From Verrucomicrobiales bacterium (GTDB lineage Bacteria > Verrucomicrobiota > Verrucomicrobiia > Limisphaerales > Palsa-1400), in contig PLIU01000157.1 in assembly GCA_003140095.1 (NCBI GenBank), positions 971-64,970 on the forward strand: a DNA stretch of 64,000 nucleotides, given 5' to 3'. Position numbers and translations under genes: made by a program. The notes below the pieces were generated by a model. The model was not told the origin of the DNA. It did no database searches and was given only the letters and a program-made list of their open reading frames with translations. Below are positions 1 through 8,279 of this stretch, one piece after another. Every line of letters begins with the position of its first letter. The stretch's first letter is position 1.

Positions 1-1305
1 GCACGAGCGGTGGTCCAGATAAAGCATGCCCGTCTGGAAAATGGCGGGAGCATCGCCGGCGTAAAGATTTTTGAAGTTGACAAAGTTGATGCACAACTTG
101 TGCAGGTCGCGCACAAAACGAATGAGCTTCTCGATCCCGGCGATGGCCCCGGCCTGGCGCTCGAACGACCGGTCGCGCGCCAGCAGCGCATCGATGTCCC
201 CGCGCGCCGATCCGGCCAGAAGCTGCCGCACGCGGGCCACGCCCAGCTTCCCGGCCGCCGCGCCCGCCTGGGCCGCCTGCCAGGCGGCGAACGGGGCGAG
301 GCGCGCCTGCACCGCAGCCCATCCGGCTTCTGTCAACTCTAATGTATCCCCCAGCAACGGCTGCACGGCTGCTTCGCGCATGGCGGCCAGGGTCGCGGCA
401 TGGGCGGGATTGACCGCGCCCTGCAAGGGCAGCGGTTTGCCGGCGGCGGCCTCTGCCAGCGGGAAGCCCGCCAATTCGCTGGCGTTAATGCTGATGTCCC
501 TGATCAGGATGGGTGCGTAATCCTCCTCCTTACGATTGAGCACTGCGGCGATGCGGGCATCGAAGGCGGCCAAGCGGCAGCGGCCAAAAAAATCATCGAC
601 TTTCACCTGGGCCGCCTTGACGGCCGCCGCCGCGGCGGCTGTTTTTTCGCCGAGCGGCAAAATGCCGGCGTCCTTCTCCGCCGCCTGCCACCAGGCGTCG
701 AATTCGGCGCATTGGGCGAAAAAGGCGTCCGCCTTGGACTGGTCAATGCCCGGTTTGCCGGAACGATCCATGGTTGTGCCGATGCAAGCGGCGATGTCTT
801 CGATGACTGCCCGCGCCGCCGTCTCCCCGGCCGAGTCCGGGATGATGACCCCGTCGCCGTTGAAAAGAGTAGCGGCGAAAAGCTGGCCGGCGTCCGCGGC
901 GTCGGCCAGGTAAATCGACTCGGCCTTCGGGCGACCGAGTCGGTCCAGAATCTGCTTGGCTGCGGCGAGGATTTCCGCACCTTCGGGGTTGGCCTCATTG
1001 ATGGCGGCCAGCGGCACGGAATCGCCGCCTTTGACCAATAGGTCGTGGTCTTTCAACAGCGCGCCAGCCCACTTGACGGCGGCGATCACTTCAGGCGCGC
1101 GAATGCGCCCATCTTGGTCGGTGTCAAGCAGCGCCGCCATTTTGGGATCGAACTCCAGGCCGGCGATGGGACAGGCCAGTGCGACCCATAATTTCTGGTC
1201 CAGTTGGTCCAAATTCATCAGGTCGGCGCCGGTTTCCAGTTTGACCTGATCGAAGCCGCCCGCGCGGAAGAAGCGCCAGCGATGAGTGGGAGTGAAAGTG
1301 GACAT
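1..1305 (-). CDS. Hypothetical protein, N-terminal 435 codons (3' end lies beyond window start); contains an EF-hand-like DxDxDG loop (DTDQDGRIRAPE)
   Basis: Not in the supplied ORF track because it has no in-window stop. Reverse-complement reading from ATG at 1305-1303 gives MSTFTPTHRWRFFRAGGFDQVKLETGADLMNLDQLDQKLWVALACPIAGLEFDPKMAALLDTDQDGRIRAPEVIAAVKW... I translated the same frame by hand from 780 down to position 1 without a stop (...GIEKLIRFVRDLHKLCINFVNFKNLYAGDAPAIFQTGMLYLDHRSC). The listed + strand ORFs here are Ala/Arg/Pro-rich shadow ORFs. Confidence 0.55.
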   Translation of the reverse strand, partial: MSTFTPTHRWRFFRAGGFDQVKLETGADLMNLDQLDQKLWVALACPIAGLEFDPKMAALLDTDQDGRIRAPEVIAAVKWAGALLKDHDLLVKGGDSVPLAAINEANPEGAEILAAAKQILDRLGRPKAESIYLADAADAGQLFAATLFNGDGVIIPDSAGETAARAVIEDIAACIGTTMDRSGKPGIDQSKADAFFAQCAEFDAWWQAAEKDAGILPLGEKTAAAAAAVKAAQVKVDDFFGRCRLAAFDARIAAVLNRKEEDYAPILIRDISINASELAGFPLAEAAAGKPLPLQGAVNPAHAATLAAMREAAVQPLLGDTLELTEAGWAAVQARLAPFAAWQAAQAGAAAGKLGVARVRQLLAGSARGDIDALLARDRSFERQAGAIAGIEKLIRFVRDLHKLCINFVNFKNLYAGDAPAIFQTGMLYLDHRSC

Positions 1306-1313
1306 TGTGCCGG

Positions 1314-2138
1314 TCAAAACTTATAGACAATGGAAGTGATGAGCTTGAGATCGTTCTTGAGCCTGCCGGGGGCGGGAATGTTGACGTAATTATCTTGCAG
1401 TACCGAGCGCAAACTCAGATTGTTGGCTTTGTTCAGAGTCGCTTCGATACCCACTTCCGCGGTGACAATATAATTGTCAAACTGATTCACTTGCGGCAGG
1501 TACTCGACGGTTTCCCAAGCCTTCGCGTGCGGACTGATGGCGTAATGGAATTTTTCGGCGATGCGCAGCGTGGCGAAACTCTCCGTTTCGCCATCCAGTT
1601 GCTCCTTGATGTAACCGGGGCCGATTTCGGCGCAAAAGTCCATGGTTTTGTTGGTAATGAAGTAATAGCCAAGCCCAGGCGCCAGCGTCAGGCGGTACTT
1701 GATGTCCGCGATCCCATCATGAAATCCATCTATCCGCCCATAGGCGTAAAAACCGTCACCGAGGGTTCGATTGTACTGGGAGAACCCGTGGAGGATCTCA
1801 GCGCTTTCCGTGTATTTCTGCTGACCGGGATCCTTGGTCTCTCCGTAAAGACCGTCGGCCCCAAACATCAGATCATTTTGGGGCCATTTTTTCTCCGTAG
1901 AGAACGTGGCCGAGGCCAGGGTGGTATCTGTGTTGCCGCGGGCAATGGTCACACCGAGCGAAATGGTACTCTTCCAGCCGTTGGTGGGAGTGGCGACCTT
2001 GGGGCGGGCCACGACGGCGTTGGTTGTGGTTTGATTGGTGGAGGTGGTGGAGGTATTGGTTTGGGCCTGGGCGGCGACCGCGCCTGCGAGCAGGATTGCG
2101 GCCACCAACAACCTTGACGTTGTCATTACGGTCATCAT
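1314..2138 (-). CDS. DUF481-family outer-membrane beta-barrel protein (YdiY-like)
   Basis: ORF 1314..2222(-), trimmed to Met29 (ATG at 2138). This gives a signal peptide MMTVMTTSRLLVAAILLAGAVAAQAQ. It has the ...LGVTIARGNTDTTL... motif, an alternating beta-strand pattern and an aromatic C-terminus ...SIVYKF. Only 8 nt separate it from the next minus-strand gene. Confidence 0.7.
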   Translation of the reverse strand: MMTVMTTSRLLVAAILLAGAVAAQAQTNTSTTSTNQTTTNAVVARPKVATPTNGWKSTISLGVTIARGNTDTTLASATFSTEKKWPQNDLMFGADGLYGETKDPGQQKYTESAEILHGFSQYNRTLGDGFYAYGRIDGFHDGIADIKYRLTLAPGLGYYFITNKTMDFCAEIGPGYIKEQLDGETESFATLRIAEKFHYAISPHAKAWETVEYLPQVNQFDNYIVTAEVGIEATLNKANNLSLRSVLQDNYVNIPAPGRLKNDLKLITSIVYKF

Positions 2139-2294
2139 TGTTTCTTGGTTTGTCCGGCGCTTCCAGCGCGTCGCTGCCAGAGCCTGGAAATCTACAAGAA
2201 CTAAAACGCCCGGAGCAAGCACAAAATCGGGCCTTCGAAGTCATTGCCGCCGGGGCGGGCAACCCAATTCATGCATCGAAATCAAAAATAGGGC

Positions 2295-2343
2295 TTGACG
2301 GGCGCGGGCTTATGGAGTGTATTGGAGCATGATACAGGATTAT
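2295..2343 (+). promoter_or_regulatory. Leader module copy 1: candidate promoter TTGACG-N17-TGTATT followed by GAGnnTGATACAGGATTAT motif
   Basis: TTGACG 2295-2300, 17-nt spacer, TGTATT 2318-2323. The 14-mer TGATACAGGATTAT at 2330-2343 recurs exactly at 3329-3342. A perfect 9-bp hairpin TTGATCTCC-ACG-GGAGATCAA follows at 2348-2368. Confidence 0.4.
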
Positions 2344-2549
2344 GCTGTTGATCTCCACGGGAGATCAATGGACTTGGACAGTGCGAGACGCAACGGTGCA
2401 TAGTTGTTGAGCCTTTTACACGATGTGTGATTTAACCAAGTATTTGCCAACGGTGAGGCGGAATCTGTGCGATCTGACTGGATTGCCGACGGAGAGGGCA
2501 CACATCTACGAAAAAGAAAACTGATCCAAGCTCGGCGTTTTCCAATCAG

Positions 2550-3128
2550 ATGCAACTCTGCAAACCAGCATGGTATTGTGCGCGAACAAAGCCAAAGCAC
2601 GAGCATATCGCGGCCGCCAACGTCGGCAAAAGGCTCGGATTGGAGGTTTTCCATCCCCGGTTGCGCTTGGAAAGGGCGACACGCCGCGGGGTGGTGCGCG
2701 TGGTCGAGCCGCTTTTCCCATGCTACATTTTTGTTCGTTGCATTCTTGAGAACGGCTTGGACGAATTAAGACATGTCACCGGCATCAGCAGTTTGGTGCA
2801 TTTTGGGCATAAAATACCCTCGGTGCCGGATGCCGCGATCTTGGAATTAAAGCAATGCTTTGAGTCAGAAGAGCCTATGGTTGTTGAGGATGGAGTCATT
2901 CCAGGGGCGGAAGTCCAGATTGCCGATGGGGTGTTCATGGGCTTTTCAGGCATGGTCGTTCGAGCAGTCTCAGCCGGGCAAAGGGTACAAATCTTGCTCG
3001 ACTTCCTTGGTCGCATAAGTTTAGCAGAAGTGGATAGAAAATCGCTGAGGGTGGAAAATCGGCGCGTAGCAGATCTCTTGCCACTTTTGGCGACACCAGG
3101 CTCTTTAGACCCTGCTTCGGCGGGTTAA
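2550..3128 (+). CDS. Specialised NusG-family transcription antiterminator paralog (RfaH/UpxY/LoaP-like)
   Basis: 192 aa. NGN-like N-terminus AWYCARTKPKHEHIAAANV...EVFHPR...PLFPCYIFVR. KOW-like segment GAEVQIADGVFMGFSGMVV. It sits at the 5' end of a long co-directional polysaccharide locus. Confidence 0.8.
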   Translation: MQLCKPAWYCARTKPKHEHIAAANVGKRLGLEVFHPRLRLERATRRGVVRVVEPLFPCYIFVRCILENGLDELRHVTGISSLVHFGHKIPSVPDAAILELKQCFESEEPMVVEDGVIPGAEVQIADGVFMGFSGMVVRAVSAGQRVQILLDFLGRISLAEVDRKSLRVENRRVADLLPLLATPGSLDPASAG

Positions 3129-3274
3129 GGAGGGTACGACACATGAGTTCACTGTGGGATAATCGCAGTGTGGGAAAAGTTGGTGAACACCAGGCGCCAA
3201 CAAATGCGGAGCTTTGCCGTAAGCTGCCGCCCACTCAGGAGTCGGCGTGACCTTGAGCTTGAGTCGTTAGCTGT

Positions 3275-3342
3275 TTGACACGCGCGTTGTTGGAGATTTT
3301 GGCTTTTGCCTTTGAGCGGGTGAGAGTCTGATACAGGATTAT
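3275..3342 (+). promoter_or_regulatory. Leader module copy 2 (TTGACA...TGGAG...TTGG ... GAGnnTGATACAGGATTAT)
   Basis: TTGACA 3275-3280 is followed by a stretch alignable to copy 1. The exact 14-mer lies at 3329-3342, inside the ~480-nt gap between the NusG paralog and the priming transferase. Confidence 0.4.
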
Positions 3343-3608
3343 TGCGATGCCATTCAGACGCGCTCCGCGGAACAGATCCAAGACGGCGGCGATTGTGAGC
3401 CGACAGATCTGGAGATGCCTCGGGGCCTGCAGATTGAGTTGCCAGTGGTTCCAGGCCAGGGGAGGGTTGCTCAGGCGTTGGCCCCAATCCAATCCCGTCT
3501 CCAAGCGCACATCCTTGAGCTCCGGTCATGCCCATGTCTAATTCGAATCAAGTAAGGCCGTCGGAGCGGAGCCGCGCTGGCCAGGAATATCTCAGCCAGA
3601 AGGAGAAA

Positions 3609-4346
3609 ATGACCGCCTTTGCCTCCTTCCCGATGTGGAAACGGATTCTGGATGTGACGCTTGTTCTCCTGGCGTTGCCCTTCCTGTTACCGGTTGGGAT
3701 CATTATTTGCATTTTCATCAGGATCGCATCTCCCGGACCGCACCTTTTCCGGCAACAGCGGGTGGGTTTTTTGCGCCGCCGCTTTATGTGTCTGAAGTTC
3801 AGAACCATGAAAATCGACGCCGACACCGGCGTGCATCAAGAGCATTTGAAAAATTTAATGGCGACCAATCAACTGACGCAAAAACTGGATTGCGCCGGGG
3901 ATAAACGCCTCATTCCTGGAGGGATTTGGTTAAGGGCTGCGGGCGTGGATGAATTGCCGCAATTATTTAATGTCTTGCGTGGCGACATGAGCTTGGTCGG
4001 CCCACGGCCCTGTACGCCATATGAATTCGAATTGTTCTCCGAGGCTCACAAGCAACGTTGCGAGGCGCCGCCGGGGTTGACCGGGTTGTGGCAAATCAGC
4101 GGCAAGAACAAGACGACTTTCGCGGAAATGATGGACTTGGACTTGAAGTACGTGCGGGAGAAGTCGCTGTGGCTGGACCTGAAAATAATAGGATTGACTG
4201 TTCCCGCTATCTTGCAGCTGGTCTGGGAAATGAAGATCCGGCCCAGGATCAGAACGCGGCCCATCGAAAAGGCTGCCAAGCCTGACGCGGAATCCACCCG
4301 CAAAACCGCCGGGCCGCTGCCTGGAACGGTTCCTGCTAGGGACTAG
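3609..4346 (+). CDS. Undecaprenyl-phosphate sugar phosphotransferase (bacterial sugar transferase family, PglC/WbaP-C-terminal type; priming enzyme)
   Basis: ORF 3528..4346. WKRILDVTLVLLALPFLLP re-entrant helix, ...LKFRTM..., DELPQLFNVLRGDMSLVGPRP motif. I prefer ATG 3609 (MTAFASFPMWKR) because AAGGAG lies at 3600-3605. ATG 3528 is the alternative. Confidence 0.8.
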   Translation: MTAFASFPMWKRILDVTLVLLALPFLLPVGIIICIFIRIASPGPHLFRQQRVGFLRRRFMCLKFRTMKIDADTGVHQEHLKNLMATNQLTQKLDCAGDKRLIPGGIWLRAAGVDELPQLFNVLRGDMSLVGPRPCTPYEFELFSEAHKQRCEAPPGLTGLWQISGKNKTTFAEMMDLDLKYVREKSLWLDLKIIGLTVPAILQLVWEMKIRPRIRTRPIEKAAKPDAESTRKTAGPLPGTVPARD

Positions 4347-4372
4347 TTGTTCGCAAAAATAAGACGGCACGT

Positions 4373-5512
4373 ATGTCTAAACAAGTTAAAGTTGGAGTGG
4401 TCGGCTGTGGTTATTGGGGACCGAACCTCGTTCGCAATTTCCGCTCGCTGCCCGATTGCAGCCTCAGAGCCATGTGCGATATCAGCCAGGACCGGCTCAA
4501 GCACCTGACCGCCCTTTATCCTGATGTCAAGGGAGAAACCAGTTTTGAGCATATGCTCAATGGCGCGGGAGTGGACGCCGTGGTTGTCGCCACTTCTGTC
4601 AAGCTCCATCATCCCATGGCCAAAGCGGCCTTGCTGGCCGGCAAGCACACGTTGATCGAGAAACCCATGGCCTCCTCCTCCGAGCAATGCGCCGAATTGG
4701 TGGAAATCGCCCGCAAAAAGGGGCTGGTCCTGATGGTCGGACACACCTTTCTTTATTCTCCCGCCGTGCGCATGATCAAGCAGATCGTGGATCGCGGTGA
4801 CTTGGGCCATATTCGCTACATCTGTGCCCGCCGGCTCAACCTGGGCTTGTTTCAGAAGGACATCAACGTGGCGTGGGACCTGGCGCCGCACGACATTTCC
4901 ATTATTCTTCATCTCTTGGAGGAGACCCCAACAAGTGTCAACTGCCGCGGCAGCGCCCATGTCACTCCGGGCATTGAAGACGTGACCTCCATGAGTTTGA
5001 CCTTCCCCAAGGACCGGTCGGCCATCATTCACAGCAGTTGGCTGGACCCGCGCAAGGTGCGCGAGATGACCATCGTGGGCAGCAAGCGCATGATCGTCTA
5101 TGATGACGTCGCGCAACAGGAGAAGATCCGCATCTTCGACGCGCGTGTCGAGCGTCCACCTCACTACGACACCTTCGCCGAATTCCACTATGCTTATCAC
5201 TACGGCGACACCTACGCGCCGTATGTGAAGCAAGAAGAACCGTTGAAATCTGAATGCCAGCATTTCCTGGAATGCATCCAACAAGGCAAACATCCCTTGA
5301 CCGATGGGCGTCAGGGACTGGAATTGGTGAAGATTCTGGAGGCATCCTCCGAATCTTTGCGCCAGGGTGGCAGCCCGATGGTGCTGCGCACGGAGCCGGA
5401 TCGTCAACTCTCCGCTGAGGGTGCGGCCGACCAGGGCCGCAACGGCAAGCCCAAGAACGGCAAAATTCATATTCCCATTGCCGGCGAACCGGAGCCACGC
5501 GTGATTTTGTAG
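4373..5512 (+). CDS. Gfo/Idh/MocA-family sugar-nucleotide oxidoreductase (WlbA/WbpB-like)
   Basis: N-terminal Rossmann VKVGVVGCGYWGPNLVRNF. EKPMA motif. Followed by an acetyltransferase and an aminotransferase in the WlbA-WlbB-WlbC order. Confidence 0.8.
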   Translation: MSKQVKVGVVGCGYWGPNLVRNFRSLPDCSLRAMCDISQDRLKHLTALYPDVKGETSFEHMLNGAGVDAVVVATSVKLHHPMAKAALLAGKHTLIEKPMASSSEQCAELVEIARKKGLVLMVGHTFLYSPAVRMIKQIVDRGDLGHIRYICARRLNLGLFQKDINVAWDLAPHDISIILHLLEETPTSVNCRGSAHVTPGIEDVTSMSLTFPKDRSAIIHSSWLDPRKVREMTIVGSKRMIVYDDVAQQEKIRIFDARVERPPHYDTFAEFHYAYHYGDTYAPYVKQEEPLKSECQHFLECIQQGKHPLTDGRQGLELVKILEASSESLRQGGSPMVLRTEPDRQLSAEGAADQGRNGKPKNGKIHIPIAGEPEPRVIL

Positions 5513-5519
5513 GCTTTCT

Positions 5520-6029
5520 ATGACACGCATTGAACCCGAGTCGCAGGCTTTCCGGCAGATCGCTCCGGACGTCAAATTGGGCCGCGGCGTCCTCATCTAC
5601 GGCTTCACCAACCTTTACGGGTGTGAGATCGGCGACGACTCCAAGATCGGGACCTTTGTCGAGATTCAGAAGGGCGCCCACATCGGCGCCCGCTGTAAAA
5701 TATCCAGCCACACCTTCATCTGCCAAGGGGTGGTGTTGGAGGACGAAGTTTTCGTCGGCCACAACGTCACCTTCATCAATGATCTTTACCCTCGATCGAC
5801 CAGCGGCGAGGGTAAACTGCAAACGGAGGCGGATTGGCAATGCGTGCCGACGCGCGTCCAACGCGGCGCTTCCATTGGCTCGGGATCGACACTCCTGTGC
5901 GGCATCACCGTCGGGGCACGGGCCGTGATCGGCGCCGGCAGTGTGGTCACACGCGACGTCCCGGCCGATGCCATCGTGGCGGGCAATCCCGCTCGAGTCT
6001 TGCGCATGTTGAGCCAACCCAGGCCATAA
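5520..6029 (+). CDS. Hexapeptide-repeat (left-handed beta-helix) sugar N-acetyltransferase (WlbB/WbpD-like)
   Basis: 169 aa. Repeated [LIV]G-x4 hexapeptide pattern (IGDDSKIGTFVEIQKGAHIGARCKISSHTFI...IGSGSTLLCGITVGARAVIGAGSVV). Confidence 0.8.
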   Translation: MTRIEPESQAFRQIAPDVKLGRGVLIYGFTNLYGCEIGDDSKIGTFVEIQKGAHIGARCKISSHTFICQGVVLEDEVFVGHNVTFINDLYPRSTSGEGKLQTEADWQCVPTRVQRGASIGSGSTLLCGITVGARAVIGAGSVVTRDVPADAIVAGNPARVLRMLSQPRP

Positions 6030-6033
6030 ATCC

Positions 6034-7170
6034 ATGAAAGTTCCCTTTTTAGATCTTCAAGCGCATCATCAGCCTATCCGCGAGCAGATCGATGCCGCCA
6101 TCGGTGATGTGATTGACAAAAGCGCTTTCGCCGGCGGCCCGTTTGTGGCTGCTTTTGAAAGTGATTTCGCGCGCTATTGCGGATGCAAGCATGTCGTCGG
6201 CCTGGGCAACGGCACCGATGCGCTCTGGCTAAGCCTGCTGGCCCTGCAGGTGGGCCCGGGCGACGAGGTCATCACCGTCCCCAGCACTTTCATGGCTACG
6301 GCCGAGGCAATCAGCTATTGCGGGGCGCGCCCGAGATTTGTCGATATCGACGAACAGACTTACACCATGGACCCGGCGCTGCTGGAGCGAGCCATCAATC
6401 CGCGCACCAAGGCGATTATTCCCGTTCACCTCTTCGGCCAGTGCGCGGACATGGATCCCATCCTGGACATTGCCAGCAAACACGGCCTCCCCGTAGTCGA
6501 AGACGCCTGCCAGGCGCATGGCGCCCAGTACAAAGGCAGGAAAGCGGGCACCGTGGGTGTGCTGGGTTGTTTTAGTTTCTATCCTGGCAAGAATCTCGGC
6601 GCTTTGGGCGAAGCCGGCGGGGTGACGACCGACGACAAGGAACTGGCCGCCAGAATTCAAGTCTTTCGCGATCACGGTCAACACCGGAAGTACCATCATT
6701 CCCTCGTGGGCTGGAACGCGCGCATGGATGGCATTCAAGGTGCCGTGTTGAGCATCAAACTCAAGCACTTGGACGTCAACAACCTCCGGCGGCAGGCGCA
6801 TGCCTTGCTTTACGACCAGCTTTTGGGCGACATGGAGGAGATTATCACACCCTTTGAAGCGCCTCACAACCGTCACGTCTATCATGTTTATTCCGTTCGT
6901 GTTCAGGAACGGAATCAAATCCTGCAGGCACTGGCGGACCGGGGAATTTCGTGCGCGATCCATTATCCCATTCCGGTTCACTTGCAAGAGGCCTACCGGT
7001 TCTTGGGCTGCGATGAGGGATCCTTCCCGATAGCGGAGCGTTGTGCCCAAGAGTTTCTCTCCCTGCCCATGTTTCCAGAATTGACCAACGAACAGATTTA
7101 CGCAGTCGCCGCCGAACTCAAATCGTGCATTAGTGGCAGAAAGCCGCAGAGCAATTGCCTCAAACAATGA
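6034..7170 (+). CDS. DegT/DnrJ/EryC1/StrS-family PLP-dependent sugar aminotransferase (WlbC-like)
   Basis: 378 aa. VPFLDLQAHHQPI..., GNGTDALWLSLLALQVGPGDEVITVPSTFMATAEAI, FSFYPGKNLGALGEAGG (PLP-Lys region). Confidence 0.85.
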   Translation: MKVPFLDLQAHHQPIREQIDAAIGDVIDKSAFAGGPFVAAFESDFARYCGCKHVVGLGNGTDALWLSLLALQVGPGDEVITVPSTFMATAEAISYCGARPRFVDIDEQTYTMDPALLERAINPRTKAIIPVHLFGQCADMDPILDIASKHGLPVVEDACQAHGAQYKGRKAGTVGVLGCFSFYPGKNLGALGEAGGVTTDDKELAARIQVFRDHGQHRKYHHSLVGWNARMDGIQGAVLSIKLKHLDVNNLRRQAHALLYDQLLGDMEEIITPFEAPHNRHVYHVYSVRVQERNQILQALADRGISCAIHYPIPVHLQEAYRFLGCDEGSFPIAERCAQEFLSLPMFPELTNEQIYAVAAELKSCISGRKPQSNCLKQ

Positions 7171-8252
7171 CGCTGGCAATCTCAAGACCCCCTGGCGCAT
7201 CTACTGGAGTCAGGGACGCCGAAATGATGACGGTGGATCCGCTCGAGCGTGCTGACTGGGACACTTGGGTGGCGGCGCACCCGCGCGGCACTATCTTTCA
7301 TGGCTCCGCGTGGGCGCGCGTTTTGCGGGATACTTACGGCCACCGGCCGTTTTACTTTGCCCGCTTCGAGGGCCAGCAACTGGCCGGCGTGCTGCCGGTC
7401 ATGGAAGTGTCCAGTTGGTTGACTGGGCGGCGGGGCGTCTCGCTTCCATTCACGGATTTTTGTCCCGCGCTCCAGAGCGCGGGCGGCGAGCCAGAGGATT
7501 TCTATCAAAGGGCGATGGAGTGCGGCCTGCAGCGGCGCTGGAAGTATTTGGAGTGCCGCGGCTTGGATGGCCCCTGGCAGGGTTCGCGACCCTCGCTCTC
7601 CTTTTACGGGCACACAGTTGACCTTAGGGTTGGCCAGCAACGGCTCTTCCAGGGTCTGGAAGGAGCGGTGCGCCGAGGCGTGCGCAAGGCGGAACGGGAG
7701 GGAGTGAAAATTGATTTTGACACCGGGGAGCAATCCATGCGAACCTTTTTCCGGTTGCATTGCGGGACGCGCCGGCGTCATGGACTGCCTCCGCAGCCTT
7801 GGCGCTTTTTTTTGAATATCCAGCGCCACCTCTTGAGCACAGGGCAGGGGTTTATTGCCACCGCGCGGCTGGCCACGCAGGCGCTGGCGGCGTCGGTCTT
7901 CTTTCATGATGGCCGGCACGCGCTGTATAAGTTTGGCGCTTCAGATTACGCGTTCCAACAGATGCGGCCGAACAACTTGGTGATGTGGGCGGCCATGAAT
8001 CATTGCGCGGAGCGGGGGCTGGCCACATTGAATCTGGGCCGGACTTCGTTGTCCAACGAAGGTTTGCGCCGCTTCAAGCTTGGCTTGGGGGCGGCTGAGG
8101 AAGAGATTTGCTACGCCAAATATGATTTTGCATCGAAACAGTTTGTCCGGGACGTCGATCGTGTGGAGGGCTGGTTTAACCGGGTGTTCGCCCATTTGCC
8201 ATTGCCTCTGCTCCGACTTTCGGGAGCCGTCTTATACCCGCATCAATCTTGA
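7167..8252 (+). CDS. FemAB-family (GNAT-fold) protein of the type associated with PEP-CTERM/exosortase loci
   Basis: ...GTIFHGSAWARVLRDTYGHRPFYFARFEGQQLAGVLPVMEV...ALYKFGASD...NLVMWAAMNHCAERG. The start is set at ATG 7167, which forms an ATGA overlap with the preceding stop. The ORF track starts at TTG 7155. Confidence 0.7.
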   Translation: MTLAISRPPGASTGVRDAEMMTVDPLERADWDTWVAAHPRGTIFHGSAWARVLRDTYGHRPFYFARFEGQQLAGVLPVMEVSSWLTGRRGVSLPFTDFCPALQSAGGEPEDFYQRAMECGLQRRWKYLECRGLDGPWQGSRPSLSFYGHTVDLRVGQQRLFQGLEGAVRRGVRKAEREGVKIDFDTGEQSMRTFFRLHCGTRRRHGLPPQPWRFFLNIQRHLLSTGQGFIATARLATQALAASVFFHDGRHALYKFGASDYAFQQMRPNNLVMWAAMNHCAERGLATLNLGRTSLSNEGLRRFKLGLGAAEEEICYAKYDFASKQFVRDVDRVEGWFNRVFAHLPLPLLRLSGAVLYPHQS

Positions 8253-8279
8253 GCGGATGCACATGAGTTTTCAGATTAT

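Noticed and set aside
10-1249. Five overlapping + strand ORFs (10..342, 71..520, 400..1041, 536..913, 956..1249).
   Set aside because: They are Ala/Arg/Pro/Gly-rich with no motifs. The opposite strand carries one continuous 435-codon frame with a sensible composition and start context, so these are GC-rich shadow ORFs.
3149-3535. ORFs 3149..3535(-), 3235..3510(-) and 3347..3541(+) in the leader between the NusG paralog and the transferase. I briefly wondered about an IS/transposase remnant.
   Set aside because: No transposase, integrase or other family motif is recognisable. The region is better explained as an untranslated leader carrying the repeated motif.
2223-3608. Search for an E. coli-type ops element (GGCGGTAG) or JUMPStart in the leaders.
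   Set aside because: Not found by eye on the + strand, so I do not claim an ops site. Only the novel repeated 14-mer is reported.
4343-5596. Long antisense ORFs opposite well-supported genes (also 5025..6035, 6229..7200, 9423..10322, 11807..12892, 13319..14212, 20037..21176, 25567..26463, 35227..36336, 38059..39171, 51967..52824, 55027..56127, 58351..59748, 60315..61175).
   Set aside because: In every case the other strand has clear family motifs. The antisense translations are rich in R/G/A/P/H, typical of codon-position-3 GC bias.
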